A stretch of DNA of 64,000 nucleotides from Monocercomonoides exilis PA203 (lineage: Eukaryota; Protista; Preaxostyla), in assembly GCA_001643675.2 (NCBI GenBank), contig LSRY02000040.1, positions 868,001-932,000 of the forward strand, written 5' to 3'. Position 1 is the stretch's first letter. Every line of letters begins with the position of its first letter. The position numbers were made by a program, and so were the translations under genes. Below, in pieces: positions 13,233-26,388 of this stretch. Under the pieces are notes generated by a model. That model was not told the origin of the DNA, searched no databases, and saw nothing but the letters and a program-made list of their open reading frames with translations.

Positions 13233-13982
13233 TTAAAAGATGCAATTTTTTTGATATTTTGCTATAGTATAAATTTCTTTTCCTCTCTACCTAAATTGGG
13301 ATTTAAACTATATAAAAATTATTTTCACAAATAAATGAGTGTTATAATGGCAAGATCATATTTCATTCTATTTTGAAATTTATTGTTTTCTTTGCTTTTC
13401 GACATAGAAATAGCAAAAAACAAAGAGACTGAAAGCTTGCAAAATATGTTTTTTGTCCAAAAATAACTTTAGCAAGATTGAATGTTGAAAAATAATTATT
13501 GTTTTTTCTCAATAGAACACCATAGGATCAACTTTTAAATGGGACTTTTTCCTTTATTGGCACTTTTTTTATTTTCGACAACAAAAAGCTGAGAAGTGTA
13601 AAGTGGCTTTCAGTATTTGGATAACCGATTTAAACAAAGTTGATTCAATTTATTACCGGTTTGTTTTTTAATTTTTGTTTATTATTTAACGAGATATTAC
13701 GTTTTTTTGATAAATTTGAATTGGTTTTTCCCACTCAACCAAGCATTTCCAGAAAATGAAAAATACTGTTTTCAAAAGCACAAACAGTTATCTATTTATT
13801 TTTTATTCTCTTTTTTAAGAAATATTTTTTTCGTGGTTTTTTCACATTTCATTTTAATAACAACATGCTAACATAAAACTGATTGTTTCTTTGCAAATAT
13901 TATGAAATGAAAAAAATAATAATATGATATGAAAAACAAATACTCTAATAATGAAATGTTGTAAAAATAAAAATATATATAA

Positions 13983-14218
13983 GTAGTTCTTTTTGAAATG
14001 TCGCAAATGTTTAATTTCCAAATAAATCAAAATTTACATATTTTGTTCAAATTTCTGTTTCCACTCACGAATTTTCTCAAGAGTGAACAAAATAGCATAA
14101 TCAAGAAATAGATTCAATTCCAGAGAAGTTTGGTGAATATTAACTAAATTTTGATCAAAATATGAAAATTTTGATATATTTAAAAATAAAACATTTGCGA
14201 CACTTCAAAAAGAACTAC
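13983..14218. repeat. Diverged palindrome nested in the foldback spacer
   Basis: gtagttctttttgaaatgtcgcaaatgttt (13983) versus aaacatttgcgacacttcaaaaagaactac (to 14218). Confidence 0.85.
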
Positions 14219-14220
14219 CC

Positions 14221-14496
14221 ACATGGGGGAAAATATGGACTTTCAAGCTTTTCATGCACAAAGCATGAAAAAATCGTTTCACTTAAAACATTATTAAACT
14301 TTATCACATATCAAAATAAATTAGATTTTCATATCTGTAAACAAACATCATTGATATAATCACAAAATGTTTTGTGTCCTCACATGTATTTCAAAAAATA
14401 ATCCCATTTTTTTCAAATTTTTTGATCACAAAAAGTTAATCAAAAGTGCGTAATTTTTCAATGAAAATGCCTGAAGTTAAATATTTTGTCCCACAT
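14221..14496. mobile_element. Small MITE-like unit with diverged TIRs; second copy at ~58463-58730
   Basis: 14221-14260 is approximately the reverse complement of 14455-14496. 14420-14493 closely matches 58653-58727. Confidence 0.6.
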
Positions 14497-14989
14497 TTAT
14501 TTTTATTTTTTCAACATTTCATTATTAGAGTATTTGTTTTTCATATCATATTATTATTTTTTTCATTTCATAATATTTACAAAGAAACAATCAGTTTTAT
14601 GTTAGCATGTTGTTATTAAAATGAAATGTGAAAAAACCACGAAAAAAATATTTCTTAAAAAAGAGAATAAAAAATAAATAGATAACTGTTTGTGCTTTTG
14701 AAAACAGTATTTTTCATTTTCTGGAAATGCTTGGTTGAGTGGGAAAAACCAATTCAAATTTATCAAAAAAACGTAATATCTCGTTAAATAATAAACAAAA
14801 ATTAAAAAACAAACCGGTAATAAATTGAATCAACTTTGTTTAAATCGGTTATCCAAATACTGAAAGCCACTTTACACTTCTCAGCTTTTTGTTGTCGAAA
14901 ATAAAAAAAGTGCCAATAAAGGAAAAAGTCTTATTAAAAAGTTGACCCAATGTTTTTCGATTTTGGCAAACTAATTATTCAAAGTTGTC

Positions 14990-15705
14990 AACTTATTATT
15001 AGAAATTGTTTAACTTTTTATTCAAAGCAAATCAAATTGAGTATTTTTTATCAAAATAATTTTTTGTGAAAAATCGGTTTTTGGATGAGTATCGGATAGA
15101 AAATAAAATATTAAAAATTTTCATTATCAATAAAAAGGATGAAAAATCGAACCTCAAATATTTCTATTTGTGGATAAACATGAAAATTTCATATTTTTCA
15201 GAAAAAAACAATCATCATGAAAATCCTATAATAATAAAATGAATTTTCCTCATATTGTTTGAAAATTCATTATTCAATAAAAAAATGTTATTTGCATCAA
15301 TATTTCAAACTAAAAACAAAAAATTATTACAATTGAATACAACAATGAATGTACTTTCGGTATTCCTCAATTGTTTTTTATTGTTCATCTGAATGTATTT
15401 TAAAAAGAATAACTTTTTTTGATTGAATAATTCATAATCAAACTATGTGAGATAAAATAATTCAAATGTAATCCGATTTCCATGATGATATTTTCTGAAA
15501 AATCTAAAAAATTTCATGTTAATACACAAATAATAAAATTAGAGGTTCAATTTCTCCTCTATATTTCGAATATTAACTGAATATGATATTTTAATCACTT
15601 TTTGATATTTAATCAGTGGAAGGCTTAATTCAAAAATTTTTTTTTCAAAAAATACTCAATTTTTTTTATTTTGAAAAAGAAGTTTACCAATTTCGAGTAA
15701 TAAAT
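14990..15705. repeat. ~715-bp degenerate palindrome centred near 15350
   Basis: 15137-15225 is approximately the reverse complement of 15476-15558, and 15002-15060 of 15630-15692. The arms continue almost to the centre. Confidence 0.8.
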
Positions 15706-16259
15706 GGTTTATTAATCAAAATACTATCATATTCAAGATGTTTCGGAATTTGAAAATGTTAATCATATAATCATTGAATTTTTTTATTATTTATTGTTGA
15801 TCAATCATTTGAATTCTTTGGATTAATGCAATTAAAGAAAAGCGAAACTGGAAAAAACTTTGGAGAATTCTGAAATAAAAGTTATTTGCTTTAAGCTAAA
15901 TATTAGAATTTTGTTTTTATTCTCTTTTTTCAAAACAAAATTAGAAGTTTAACTAAGTGACGAATTTCTACCAATAACACAAATCAACCATAAAGATTTT
16001 TTATGAGATGCAATGACATTTTTCAGTTTGTTATTGAAATTTCATTTTTATCATTATTTGTAATCAAATTGTTACACATTTTCACTATTTTGAAAAAATT
16101 GTTGAAGTTTGAATTTGAAATAACAGAAAGAAAAATGAAAGAGATGTGAAAATAACAAAATAGGAAATACTCGAAGAGTGGCTTTTCAAGATCAAATATT
16201 GGGGCCAATTGCATTATATGCATCTTCAAAATGATTCTTCATTTGAATTAGCGTTTTTA

Positions 16260-18390
16260 TCATCTTCTGTGACTTATTAATGGGCAAACAATTTATCTCA
16301 TCATCTTCACATTCTTTTTCTTGTTCTTCTTTTCCTTCTTCTCCACCTTCTTCGACTTTTGCATTGCACTGACCAAGCTGAAGTCATAAACCTCCAGAAG
16401 TTAGCGTTATCGAACGGATAACGAAATCTCGGTACATTTAGATAGCCACACGACTTGAGCAGTTCCACCCTGTCTTGGAAAAAGCGAGAAACGAAAAGAA
16501 CCAGTTTATGTTTGCGCTGGCAAGGCAGCTTGTTGAACAGCTTTCAGCAGCTGCTGCATTGACGCTGCTGTGGCAAATATTGGCCAGCAGCAAACCGCTC
16601 AATGAAGTTACGAAGCAGGCACTGGATACATCATCACAGGCAAAAAAAAAAAGATAAGAAGATCAGGATATTGCAGAAGGAGAATAAAAGAGAAGTGTTT
16701 GAAATGTGCAACCTCATTCCAACTACGTCTGCCATGAAAGGAACATGAAAGAACAAAGGGAACTTGGGTTTGCTGAGAAAGTCGCGAAGCAGCAGTGCTG
16801 GAGGAAGGAGGATGACTGATGCAGATGAAGTAAGCGGAGTGAATGTGTCTCTTCCTCCTTTGCTGAATACGTCTTCTGGCTCTTCTTCTGGTTCTGGTTC
16901 AGTTTCAGTTCCATTGCATTTTCACAGGGAATTATGCTTCAGGGGTCTATACAATCACAAGGGATTCAGTGAATTCAAGGGCTTATTCAAACTGGAGTAA
17001 TGAACAAACAAGGCAGCGCAGTTCGTCTGCCTCCTTTGGGAATGCAAGAGTCAAATGAAGGAGGAAAAGCACATGAAGGGAGGATATCGTTGAAGAAGGA
17101 GAGGTTTTGCGAGTTGGATAGATTGCCGGATTTGTATGGAGGGATGAGTGGAATGTTGGGCGAGTGAGAGGAAGACTGAGAATGGGATGATGGTTTCATA
17201 AAACCAGACCAGAAGATATTTTTGAAAGTGTCGTTCAAAAACAGCTGGACTATACTACCTTTGGAACTGCATAAAGCTTCTTTTCTTCTGAAAGTGTTTC
17301 TGTTTCAACCATCGCTAAGTGCAAACAGAAATGGAGCTATTTCTTCTGTTTCTGCATCATTGTCATCTTCTGTTATCACTTCTTTATCCTCATCTTGTTC
17401 CTCCTCCTCCTCCTCCTCCTCCTCTTCTTCTTCTTTGTCATCTGTATCTTCTCCTCCTTTCTCTTCTTTCTCTTCTTTTTCTTCATCTTCCTCTTATTCA
17501 TTTTCTTCATCTTCATTTCTTTCATCTTCATCTTCTTCATTTTCAAATTCTTCTTCAATTTCCTTGTCAGATTGGACAATTTGTGGCGTCAAGAAAAGAA
17601 AAATGGATCCTAAAGCTTATCTTTGTTTTTTATCAGAAATTGATAGAATGGATGATATGACATATCTGTTTGATCTTTTGAATGGAAGAGGAGGAAGAGG
17701 AAGAGGAAGAGGAAGAAACCGAAGAAGAAAAAGGAGAAATCAAATGGTTGTGCTCAGAAAGGATATTTTTATACGACGTATGATCGATCAAGTTACAGGC
17801 CAGTGGAAGAGGAATAAGCAATGCTGAAGAACAAGAACAACAACAACAAGAAGAAGAAAGTGAAAGATTCCTTCTCGTAATCTATCAGGACCTGCAACTG
17901 TTCCACCAACGATCCTTCGATGGCGGACACTACCAGATGCCACGCTCACTCAATCGCCCACTATTCACCCACCAATCACACATTACACACGCCATTCCCA
18001 TCTCACATCACTCGTATCACTCGTTCTACCACTCACACAGCGATAACCGCACATCCTTCAAAGCCTGGCAAGAAGCAGACGAGCCACTGGAAGATCAGTT
18101 GGAGTATTCTCTTTTTCTACCAAACGCGCATGGAAAAAAGCTGTTTGTGATGACCTTTTTGCTCTCGGGAGAGTAAATGCAGGAATAGCTGGAGGAGCTG
18201 CTTGGAATCTTCGATCTGCGAATGAAAGGAAGCTGAGATATCTTTCTGAACATTGTGAGCAACAAGTTTGGTTCCCCGGAGCTGGAGAAGACTTCTCGAT
18301 ATCGGCAGCTGCAGATGAACTTCTCCTTCTTCTTATCTGCGTAGAAGCATGAACAGCACACACCAATTATACCAAATAATCCTCCTTAAA
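16260..18390 (+). pseudogene. Fragmented remnant of a host-type low-complexity gene
   Basis: Higher-GC, coding-like sequence broken into several short + strand ORFs (16475, 16764, 17222, 17937) by stops and frameshifts. No domain recognised. Confidence 0.45.
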
Positions 18391-18715
18391 TGTGATATGC
18401 TTTCTATTGTCTTTAATTGTTAATATAAATGAAATAAAATATATTAAATTTTTATATATATTCTTTAAGATAATATAATTATTTTAAAAAACCACAAAAA
18501 GAAATACGACATGGGACAATTTCTGCATTTCTGAAAAATTCAATTATTTATTCAAAACATTCACTCCAATCTTATCATAATAAGTCTTCCATTTTAATGC
18601 AAAAAAATGCGGAAATTTCTATATTTGAGAAAAATATTTGTTAAAGAAAAATGGAACATAATTCAGAAAGCAATAAGTTTCGTACCAATTTATTTCTTCA
18701 TCAAAATTTTCTGTT

Positions 18716-18875
18716 GGTTAGATCAAAAAGAAACAAAAGATTTCCATTTCTGGCCTTATACAGCCAATCCTTGAGGCTTCTTCGCAATTTCTTTTGCATT
18801 TCTTTTTATAAAGCAAAAACTTAACTGTTTGCATTGCGATCATTAACATTTTGCAAGATTATCAACGATGTGTGT
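18716..18875 (+). promoter_or_regulatory. Conserved upstream block of the family
   Basis: cagCCAATcc near 18761 and ttTATAAAgc near 18805; reverse-complement homologue of 6322-6480. Confidence 0.6.
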
Positions 18876-18943
18876 ATTTATCTTTTATTTTGTTTCTTAT
18901 TACACGTAGCCACTCTTTTTGAATATTTTTTGGAACAAACAGA

Positions 18944-20394
18944 ATGAGTTTGTTTGATGATTATAATTTTGAAGATGAAATTCTGACTACGACCAGAACC
19001 GAGCAGTTTTCAAGTTTGTTCTTTTGTTTGGATTGAACAATTCTGAACAAAATTTTTGTTTTTTTGAATAACCTTTGCAGAATTGCTCCATGAACTGGAG
19101 CATCGCACAGAAGATGAGAAAAAGCAGAAAATCGAAGAGATGAATGGATTAATTGATGAAATGAATGAAAAAGAATTTGAATCAGTTTTCACAAAAGAAC
19201 TGTATCATGAAATGGGCAAAATGATTGAAAAAAATACATTATCGTGGGGAAATGCAATTTTGTTGATGAAGCATGTTGGATATTGCAAGGAACTGAAATG
19301 TTTTTTTTGTGATCCTTTTGGTGGTTCATTATTGAGCAAAAAAATGTCAGAGATGATAATTTATGAAAATGAAAAGACAAAGGATGAAAAGGATGAAATA
19401 CTTCTTATTGAACTGTGTGAATGCTTTGCTTTGCTGATTGAAGATTTTATTACAAAAAAATTTCTTTCAATCAATATGCCTTGCCTTCTGAAGATTTTAT
19501 CGAAGAAAGACGAGAGCGAAGAAGTTCAAAAAGATGTGGAAATGGCATTGCTGGTTTTAAGTAATGCTAACACGTATTGTGTATGTTCGCTTCTATTTCC
19601 ACTTTGATATTTTTGCATATTTTTCTGATTTTTATTAGATGCTTGAAAATGAAATTTACCTCAATGAAATCAAAGAGATTATCAAATATCATCAGGAGCA
19701 TCACAACCTCACTCAGCTTTCCTATCAGTGCGCTTGGAACTTTTTGATTAACAAAATTTTCAAAGACATAAGCTTGGAAGAAGTGATTGTGAATAAACTG
19801 CATTTCGGAAGAGAAGCAAGAAGAGAAATCGAAGAACTGACAAGATGTATCGACTGGAAGAAGAAAGAAGAAGAAAATGAAAGAATAGAAGTGTCTATTT
19901 TAAGGAGATGGCTTAATGTTATTGATAATTACTTTTCCTCGTGCGAATTGTGGAACGAAGAACTTGTAGGACTTATCAGCTGCATTGTTCAAGTGTTTAA
20001 AGCAGCAAGGGGTAGATACCAAATCATACGCAATAAATGCCTTTATTCATTAATGGATGCAGCAATTGCGAGAAATGTGAAAATTGAAGATTTGTTGAAA
20101 AGTGGAGCTATTGATTTTATTTTGGAGGAAATGAAGCAATCAACTTTGGATGATAAAATTATGTCTGATTGCTTGCATTTCTTTTTGAATATTTCAAAAA
20201 GATTGAAAGAAAAGGATGATGGAGAAACGGACGAAACAAAACGAAAAGAATTGAAAAGAAAGATATTCGAAAAGATGGAAGAAGAAGGATTTGAAGATAT
20301 CACAACAAGCCTTTATGGAGTGATTTCTTTTCTGAACAATGAAAATTTTAATGGTTTATCGCTGAATATTTCTGATTATTTTGTGAATACTTAG
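18944..20394 (+). CDS. 3-exon family paralogue 2 (441 aa)
   Basis: join(18944..19013,19081..19580,19639..20394); canonical GT-AG introns at the same positions as in the other paralogues. Confidence 0.9.
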
Positions 20395-20519
20395 CCAAAT
20401 TCTTTTCAACAAAAACTGAAACTCCAAAATTATATTCTCTTTTCTTTTTTATTCATTTCACAAAATGGGAGGAAAACAATAATTTGATTATTTTGTTGAT
20501 TTCATTTCCTTTTTTAAAA

Positions 20520-23122
20520 AATGAAAAATAAGAAATTCTTTTCTTTTTAAAAAATTCCATCAAGAATCTTCGTTGAATTGATTATTGCCCTCCATCTTCT
20601 TCAACAGGATTCACTTTGAGCTTTGTATTCAATTGTTCAGTTTTTGCCTTTTGAAGCCTCCGAACTTTTGAGCTTATTCTCTTTCTGATTATATTTTCAA
20701 TGAAAAAGAGAAGGCGAAGGAGAAGAATGAAATGGTAATTCTTGAGAAGAATACAAAAGAAATGAAGAAAGAAATGTTCGTTGAAGAAACCAGATGCCAA
20801 CTTCTTTTGTTCAAAATATAACAGAAATAAATCTGATGACAAAGAAGAAGAAGAAAAAGAGTGAAAATCTTATTCAAAAACTGCTTGGCTGAAACAAGTC
20901 AATCTCAATTGAATTCTATCTCTGTTTTTCTTTCTCTTTTGCTCAGAAATCTTCAATTGAAATTCATCCAATTTTTGTTTCATTGCCCTTCACTTCCATT
21001 CCATCCATCATCTGAAAGTGACTCAACCCCAATTCATCTGAGTTGTGTGTCGTCTTCTTTGTCGAAACGAATGAAGAAGAAGAAGAAGAAGAAGAAGAAG
21101 AAGAAGAAGAAGAAGAAAAGGAAGATCACAAATGTTGAAATGAAGATAGATGCTGTGTGAATGTTTGAATGAGGGAGGGAGAGTGTGTGAGCGATGTCGA
21201 AGTGGAAGATGAGAATGAGAAGATTGAATGAAATGAATGAAGAGCACACAATTTTTGTTGAATATTCTTCGTGTGCAACTGAAAATGTTGCTTCAGAACG
21301 AAATCTTTTCTCTTTTCTCTTCTCTTCTTCTTCAAATTTTCTTCTTTTCTGAGATGAGATGAGATGAATGGAGACGCGTAGAATATTCCATCTACAGATA
21401 CATCAAATATTCAGAAGTGTTTTTTGATAATTCACGATAATCATTTTCGTTAACAAAAGAAATGAATCCATAAAGGCTTGTTGTGATATCTTCGTATCCT
21501 TCTTCCTCCATCTTTTTAAATATCTTTCTTTTCAATTCTTTTCGTTTTGTTTCGAACATTTCATCATTCTCCTCCCCTTTCAGTCTTTCCGAAATTGAAA
21601 AACAGAATCTCAAACAATGATATACCATTTCGTTATTCAATGTTGATCGGTGAATCTCCTCCAGAATAACTTCAACAGCTCTGCTCTTTAATAAGATATC
21701 TTCATGCTCAACTCCGTTTCTTGCTGTAATTATTAATACATCAACACATTCATTGCGTATGATTTGGCATCTACCCCTTGATGCTCGAATCATTTGAACA
21801 AGGCTGGCTATTAGTCCAGCAAGTTCTTCTTCCCACAATGTGTACGAGTTTAAGAACTCAGAAATCACATCGAACCATCTCCTGATAACAGACACTTCTT
21901 TCACTTTTGTTTCTTTTCTTCTTTCTTCTTTTCTCTTCCAATCCACACTCTTTGACAGATCTTCCAGTTCTCTTGTTGCCTCTCTTGCAAAATGCAATTC
22001 ATTCACAATCACTTCTTCCAGTGTTCTGTCCCAATAAAATCTTTTTATCAAAAACTGCCAAGCAGATTGATAGGCAAGTCGTGTCAGATTGTGATGCTCC
22101 TGGTGATATTTGATGGTTTCTGTCATTTCATTCAAATACAGTTCTTGTTTTATTTGCTTATAAAAACCAGAAAAAAATGCAAAAATATCAAAATGGAAAT
22201 AGAAGCGAACATATAAAATATGTGTTAACATTACTCAAAGCCAGCAACGCCATTTCCACTTCTTTTTGAGTCTCCTCATTTCTCTCTTTCTTCGAGGCAA
22301 CTTTCAGAAGGCACGGCACAATTATTGAACGATATTCATATGAAAACTGGTAGATTAGCAAAGCATAACATTCATAAAGATCAGTCAGAAACTTTTCATT
22401 TTTTTCTTCTTTTTTCTTCTCATTTTCATCAATAATCATCTTTTCAATTCTTCTTTTCAACAAAGATTCTTTAAAGTGCATAATCCATATATTTTTCATC
22501 ACTTTGTAATATCCAGCTTGCTTCAATAGCAAGATTGCACTTTCCAATGATAATGTCTTTTCTTCAATCATTTGGTGAATTTTATTGAATAGATCTTTCG
22601 TGAAAACTGTTATGATATCTCCTTCAGTCATTTCATTAATTAATCCATTCATCTCTTCGATTTTCCGTTTTTGTTCATCTTCTCTGCAATGTTCCACTTC
22701 ACAAAACAATTCTGCAAATAGAATTTAAAAAAACAAAAATTTTGTTCAGAATGGTTCAATCCAAATTAAAAAACAAACTTGAAAACTTCACAGTTTTGAC
22801 CGTAATCAAAATTTCATCTTCAAAATAATCATGTTCAGGATAATCATCTTCTGAATTATAATCTTCAGAATTATCATCGTCTGACAAACTCATTCTGCTT
22901 GTTCCAAAAAATATTCAAAAACAAGGCAAAGCTTGACACGCAACAAAATAAAAAATAAATACACACATCGTTTATTATCTCGCAAAATAAAAAAGATTTC
23001 AATACATACTACTTTGTTTTTTGCTTTATAAAAAGAAATGTTAAAGATATTGCGAAGAAGCCTCAAGTATTGGCTGTATGAAGCAAGAAAAGGAAATCTT
23101 TTGTTTTTTGATCAAACCAAAA
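20520..23122. repeat. Segmental direct duplication, copy B
   Basis: Collinear with 3790-6480. Confidence 0.9.
21392..22893 (-). CDS. 3-exon family paralogue 3 (458 aa if spliced); intron-2 donor is AT instead of GT, so possibly a young pseudogene
   Basis: join(22779..22893,22215..22711,21392..22156). The donor at 22214 reads ATATGTTCG where the paralogues have GTATGTTC. Confidence 0.7.
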
Positions 23123-23279
23123 GAAATTCAAGACGGTGAAAACGTTATGATTTTTGATTTTCTTAGGAAATGAAGCAGTTTTTGACAAATTTCGGAGAAG
23201 CATCAATCAATAAAAGCTGAATGGAATATCTATCATTTTGAAAAGTGAAACAAGTAGATAAGTTTATTGTTAAAGAGAA

Positions 23280-24470
23280 GATGTTATACATATTTCTGGA
23301 CTTCAATTCTGACAAAAAAAAGGGTAACTGATGTTTGTATTCTCAAAAAATGCTATCTATTTTTGGCATTCATGCATTTTCCTTTTGTGCAGATGATTCG
23401 TGGAACTGTTGAAGATGAAAGAATTCCACAATCAAAATGCATAAACAATACAAAAGCATTGTGCATTTGCTTCAAAAGAAAGCGAACTTGAAACAAACCA
23501 ACAAGAAGAAAGAAAAAGGTGAAAAAGTATCAACCACAAAAGTGGCCAAAAGAATTGGAGAATAAACAAAAATGAAAATCATTGTGAAGGCTAGCTCCAA
23601 CGGCAAAGTTTCATCGTTTCACATATCGGCTCTAAAGCAACAAAAGAAGAATCAGACAATGACTTTTATGGACTAAATCATTGAACACCTTCGACAAAAA
23701 GAAAGCCATTTTGCGAGATTGAACGGGAAAGAAAGAAAGAGATGCCAAAAGCCTCTAATCCTTGAGAAACATCATTGAATACAGCAAGTGTTTTGTGATT
23801 TCCTATAAAGCTAATAAGATTGATCCGACTCCAACAGAAGGAATTTATCTCATCATATGGATTTTCTTTAACCAAAATATGGAGATTGATAAACACATTG
23901 ATTCTTGTTCTGGAAACATTGTTTGTTCCGATATTATTCCTTTTGAATAATCCATAGAATCTTTTTAAATTCATTCTTCAATATTTCAACAGAATACAAA
24001 AACTTCAACTTTGCCATCTCCTTTATCTTACGTTTTTTCACAGGAAACACAGAATGGAAAGAATGATTGTGATGTTGAACATCTTTAGAATTTTCAGTGA
24101 TGTGTGCATCCAACAAGCAATTAAAGGAGAAAAGAGAAGAGAAATTAGAAAAAAGGAAAAGAATATTTGAAAAACAATTTTATGAAAAAGGAGAAGATAT
24201 GTTTGAGAGACCAGTTTGTTGGGGAAAATTGCGGAAATTGTCATTTATGGGGAATTGGAAGATCTGCAGAAATGTGAGGATTTGAGAGAGAAAGAAGAGA
24301 GATAGAAAAAAAAGAGGAGGAAGAAGAATGAGAAGAAGAAAGCTGAAAGTGACAAAGAAAAGTATTTGGTAAAAATGAAAGAGAAGAATGCAAAGATTGT
24401 GCTATCGTGCTTCACTGTTACGAGATCAAAGAAGAGTTTTGTTGAAATTATTTTCAAAAACTGCATATTG
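23280..24470 (+). pseudogene. Decayed coding-like remnant, possibly transposase-derived
   Basis: Broken + strand frames including GNIVCSD...SIES...QKLQLCHL, loosely like the MULE D...CxxH region, and a K/E-rich tail. Very weak. Confidence 0.2.
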
Positions 24471-25194
24471 AAGGTTATTATATTGTTTTTCGCTTATTTA
24501 TTGGTTTTTTCCCCATTTCTTTGTTAACATTTCCGCTTTTCTCAATTAAAAGTGGAGCATTTGTTCTTTTTTTTATTGGATTAAAAATACTTTGCGCTTC
24601 CTTATTGAATTTTTTGCTTTTCAGAGTGGAATTATGTGGTAGAAGATTGATTTGATTGATTGATGATTGAATAATGATTTTATCCTTCTAATTCAGAACC
24701 TGAAGAAGCTGCTTTTTCTTTTCTTCATCATCCTCTGAAAAAAAGTGTTTCTTTATTTAAAGCATCCAAATTATGCAATCCTTTTTCTATATTACACATT
24801 TCAACAACAAAATATGCTGCCTCGAGCAAATATGGTGCAATATTCTAGCAGTTTTGAAAAATACTGCAATTTGATCCAAACTTTTTCTTCTTTCATATCA
24901 TAATTAATGAAGCAATCTTCTCAAAATATTTTCATTTGAATTGAAAATTGAATTGAGAAACCATTCAGAAATAAACAAGTGGAACAAAATTCATAAACTT
25001 AAAAAATATAATCCCATATATAAGCAAAAACATTATAAATTCAATTTGAACATATTTGCCAACAATACATATCTTTGGCAACAATCATTTAGCTTTTTTT
25101 TCTTTTTCTTTTTTTTTTTTTTTTGTAAAACATACCCTTAATTATATTTGAAAAATCAACATAAATAAAAAAATGCAACAGATCAAAAATCGAA

Positions 25195-26388
25195 ATGGAA
25201 AAAAAGGTGTCTGGCAAGCCGAAAAGCATCGAGCAGCGTAAGCAGCTGTACAGCCTGGATGGGATCCGCGGGATATGCGGGATATGTGTTGTGTTCTACC
25301 ACCTGGTGGGAACTATATACCATTACCAGCCGTACACGAAGATTGTGAATCACGGATACTTGATTGTGGACTTTTTCTATTTGATCACCGGGTTTGTGTT
25401 GGGGTATGCGTACGACAAAAAGAAAACGTCGCTGTCAGCCTGGAGCTTCGTGAAGAGGCGTTTTGTGCGGCTGCAACCACTGGTATTCCTCACTTCGCTG
25501 GTGCCAACGTTTTTCTTGCGGTACTTGAATGCACCTTCAATCGGGTGGGTGAATTACGGGGATGTTCCTGTTTTGAACAGGGTGGTACTGCTGATTTTAG
25601 CGACACTTAACATTCCAGCGCCGAAAAGTCTTGTGTACTCAGCAAAACCGTCGATGTTTCCTCTGAACCCGCCTCAATGGTTTTTGGTATATGCTTACAT
25701 TGGGAACATCCTGTACATAGCGGTGTTGAGGCATTGCAGGACGTCAGTTCTTTGTGTGTGTGCTGCAATATCCGCGTTGTGCACCGGATACATGACTTTC
25801 ACATCTGAGTTTGGGTACGTGAACGGAGGATTCCTTCTAAACGATCGGAAGATGGCGCCGTTTGGGATTGTGAGGCTAATGACACCTCTGCTGATCGGGC
25901 AGGTTATAAGCAGGGTTTATCAAAAGCAGGAAATGAAGTCGAAAGAAGAGGAAAAGAAGGGAAAGAAGAGTTCAGGGGGAATTCGATTTGCATTCTGGAT
26001 TGCGAGTGCTTGCCTAATTTCGATGAGCAAAGTTCCGTATCTACGCAAGGAGGGGGAAAGTGCATATAGAAACGCAGCGTTTGACACATCAGCAGTGACG
26101 ATTATTGAACCACTGATATTGATGGTGATCATCAACGGATGCCAGCCGAGCCAATGGGAGTGCGACCTGTTCGTGTGGATGGGAAAGATGTCATATTCAC
26201 TTTTCTTGTGTCATTGCATTTTTATTGACTTTGTGTCCTGCTGGGTGGCGAACAACAATCTTTCGTTTGACTATGTGTGGATCATGTTTGTGGGGATTAT
26301 TGTGTTGAGTGTTGTTCTTGCGCATTTCTACGAGATTTACTTCAACGAACCTGTACAGAAGTGGATTTCGGTGCATCTTCGTGTGTAG
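25195..26388 (+). CDS. Acyltransferase-3 (OafA/YrhL-like) membrane O-acyltransferase, 397 aa, probably of bacterial origin
   Basis: Motifs SLDGIRG..VVFYH, NHGYLIVDFFYLITGFVLGYAYD, FVKRRFVRLQP, MFPLNPPQWFL, GKMSYSLFLCH. Multiple transmembrane segments, no introns, raised GC. Confidence 0.92.
   Translation: MEKKVSGKPKSIEQRKQLYSLDGIRGICGICVVFYHLVGTIYHYQPYTKIVNHGYLIVDFFYLITGFVLGYAYDKKKTSLSAWSFVKRRFVRLQPLVFLTSLVPTFFLRYLNAPSIGWVNYGDVPVLNRVVLLILATLNIPAPKSLVYSAKPSMFPLNPPQWFLVYAYIGNILYIAVLRHCRTSVLCVCAAISALCTGYMTFTSEFGYVNGGFLLNDRKMAPFGIVRLMTPLLIGQVISRVYQKQEMKSKEEEKKGKKSSGGIRFAFWIASACLISMSKVPYLRKEGESAYRNAAFDTSAVTIIEPLILMVIINGCQPSQWECDLFVWMGKMSYSLFLCHCIFIDFVSCWVANNNLSFDYVWIMFVGIIVLSVVLAHFYEIYFNEPVQKWISVHLRV

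Larger units (their letters stand above)
13521..14952. mobile_element. Foldback/MITE-like structure with ~455-bp nearly identical inverted arms (13521-13975 and 14498-14952)
   Basis: Direct reverse-complement match with only a few mismatches in the core. No ORF. Confidence 0.8.
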
